In this document: piece by piece, positions 31,672-32,751 of the stretch
Position numbering within the stretch: the first letter of the stretch is position 1
Layout of the letters: each line of letters opens with the position of its first letter
NCBI RefSeq assembly: GCF_001194135.2
Contig: NC_068982.1
Location: 499,411 to 532,161, forward strand
From: Octopus bimaculoides
Taxonomy: Eukaryota
DNA length: 32,751 nt
Direction: 5' to 3'
The notes under the pieces: generated by a model
The model's database searches: none
Told to the model about the DNA's origin: nothing
What the model saw: the letters and a program-made list of their open reading frames with translations, nothing else
Program-made: the position numbers and the translations under genes

Positions 31672-32198
31672 CATCATCATCATCATCATTATTTGATGTC
31701 TGTTGTCTATGGTGGCATGGGTTGGATGGTTTGATGAGAGCTGCACCAGGCACCAGCCTGGTTTGTCATGGTTTCTACGGCTGGATGCTCTTCCTAGCGC
31801 CAACCACTTTTCAGAGTGTTGGGTGCTTTTGTGTGGCACTGTCATGGGTGCTTTACACCACCAGAGGGACCGGTCTTAAGACTTTTGCTGTGTAGTACGG
31901 ATCTTCTTGAGTACAGCAAGGCACCAGCTACCTTGGTCCTTTGTCATCTCGCCTGAAAGGTTCAACGTCCTGAAGTCGTTCTTTAGTATTTTATCCAATG
32001 TCTTCCTGGGTTTCTCACTCCCACGTGTTCCATCCACTTAGAGAGATCGCTTCTTCTTTATGGAGTTGTTGGCATCCATCCACATCATATGACCAAAGCC
32101 AGCACAGTCTTCTCACTTGCACACGGCATCTAATCCCTAACTTCTCTCTCAAAACACTGTCGAACATGTACAATTACATTACACATCCATCGGAGTGA
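31672..32198 (-). mobile_element. 5'-truncated RTE LINE, paralog of 11787-12295
   Basis: Reverse complement aligns with 11787-12295 and has LRWMCNV upstream; (CAT)n tail at the left end. Confidence 0.85.
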
Positions 32199-32751
32199 AA
32201 ATATATTAACCAGACAATATGTAAGGGTTTTTGATATCCCCAATTCCTCATCTCGCCCATCACATATTACTGCTGGATTTCTTTGTCGAATGTAGTAATG
32301 CTTATTCATTTTCACGGTTTTGAAATAATCATGCTTTGTCTCACCTACCCACCACCACTACCCATTTTCCTTTATTCAAAAATTCTTATCGCTCCTTAAA
32401 ATTATGGCTTTTAAGTGTTGATTTCTCAGCCCAAGAATTACAGCGTGATGTGCTGCTTGACTGGTCCCCCCTCTCCCTCTCTCTCTCTCTCTCTCTCTTT
32501 ATATATATATATGATGATGATCTTTTCTCCCGCCATGCCTCTGTCTACCCCTCCATCCTCTCTCTCCCCCTTCGTAGTTTTTCCTTTAAGGTCTTCAGGT
32601 TCTGGCTATATATAAATGAGAAACCCATTCTAAATTATCTAGCTGACGTACTACGACGAAATACCCAAGATGCAGATAAGATAGAGATTTTTATTTATTT
32701 ACGGCCTCAAACATCTCAATACCTTGCGCTTTCTTGTTTCTCTCCATGAAA

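Noticed and set aside
1-32751. CRISPR arrays, rRNA or prokaryotic operon-type systems
   Set aside because: No repeat-spacer arrays or rRNA; the sequence is intron-rich eukaryotic DNA.

Overview
AT-rich, repeat-dense eukaryotic genomic DNA with three N gaps. The repeat families look like those of octopod cephalopods (recalled, not searched). The main gene is a + strand La autoantigen homolog (SSB/LARP3): a probable non-coding first exon ending at 13187 and 11 phase-consistent coding exons from 19528 to 31631 (345 codons: La motif, RRM1, RRM2, basic region), continuing beyond the window. One of its introns (19942-21335) has U12 minor-spliceosome signals. Upstream are a candidate minus-strand multi-exon gene or pseudogene (about 866-7072) weakly resembling the SYCP2 N-terminus, a 253-bp foldback/MULE-like element with a 9-bp TSD enclosing outward-facing telomeric repeats, and a solo-LTR-like segment with three heat-shock elements and a TATA box. 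The rest is RTE LINE fragments, RTE-tailed short elements, tRNA-derived SINEs and simple repeats. Most ORFs in the supplied track are artefacts of repeats or low complexity. Repeat boundaries are approximate.
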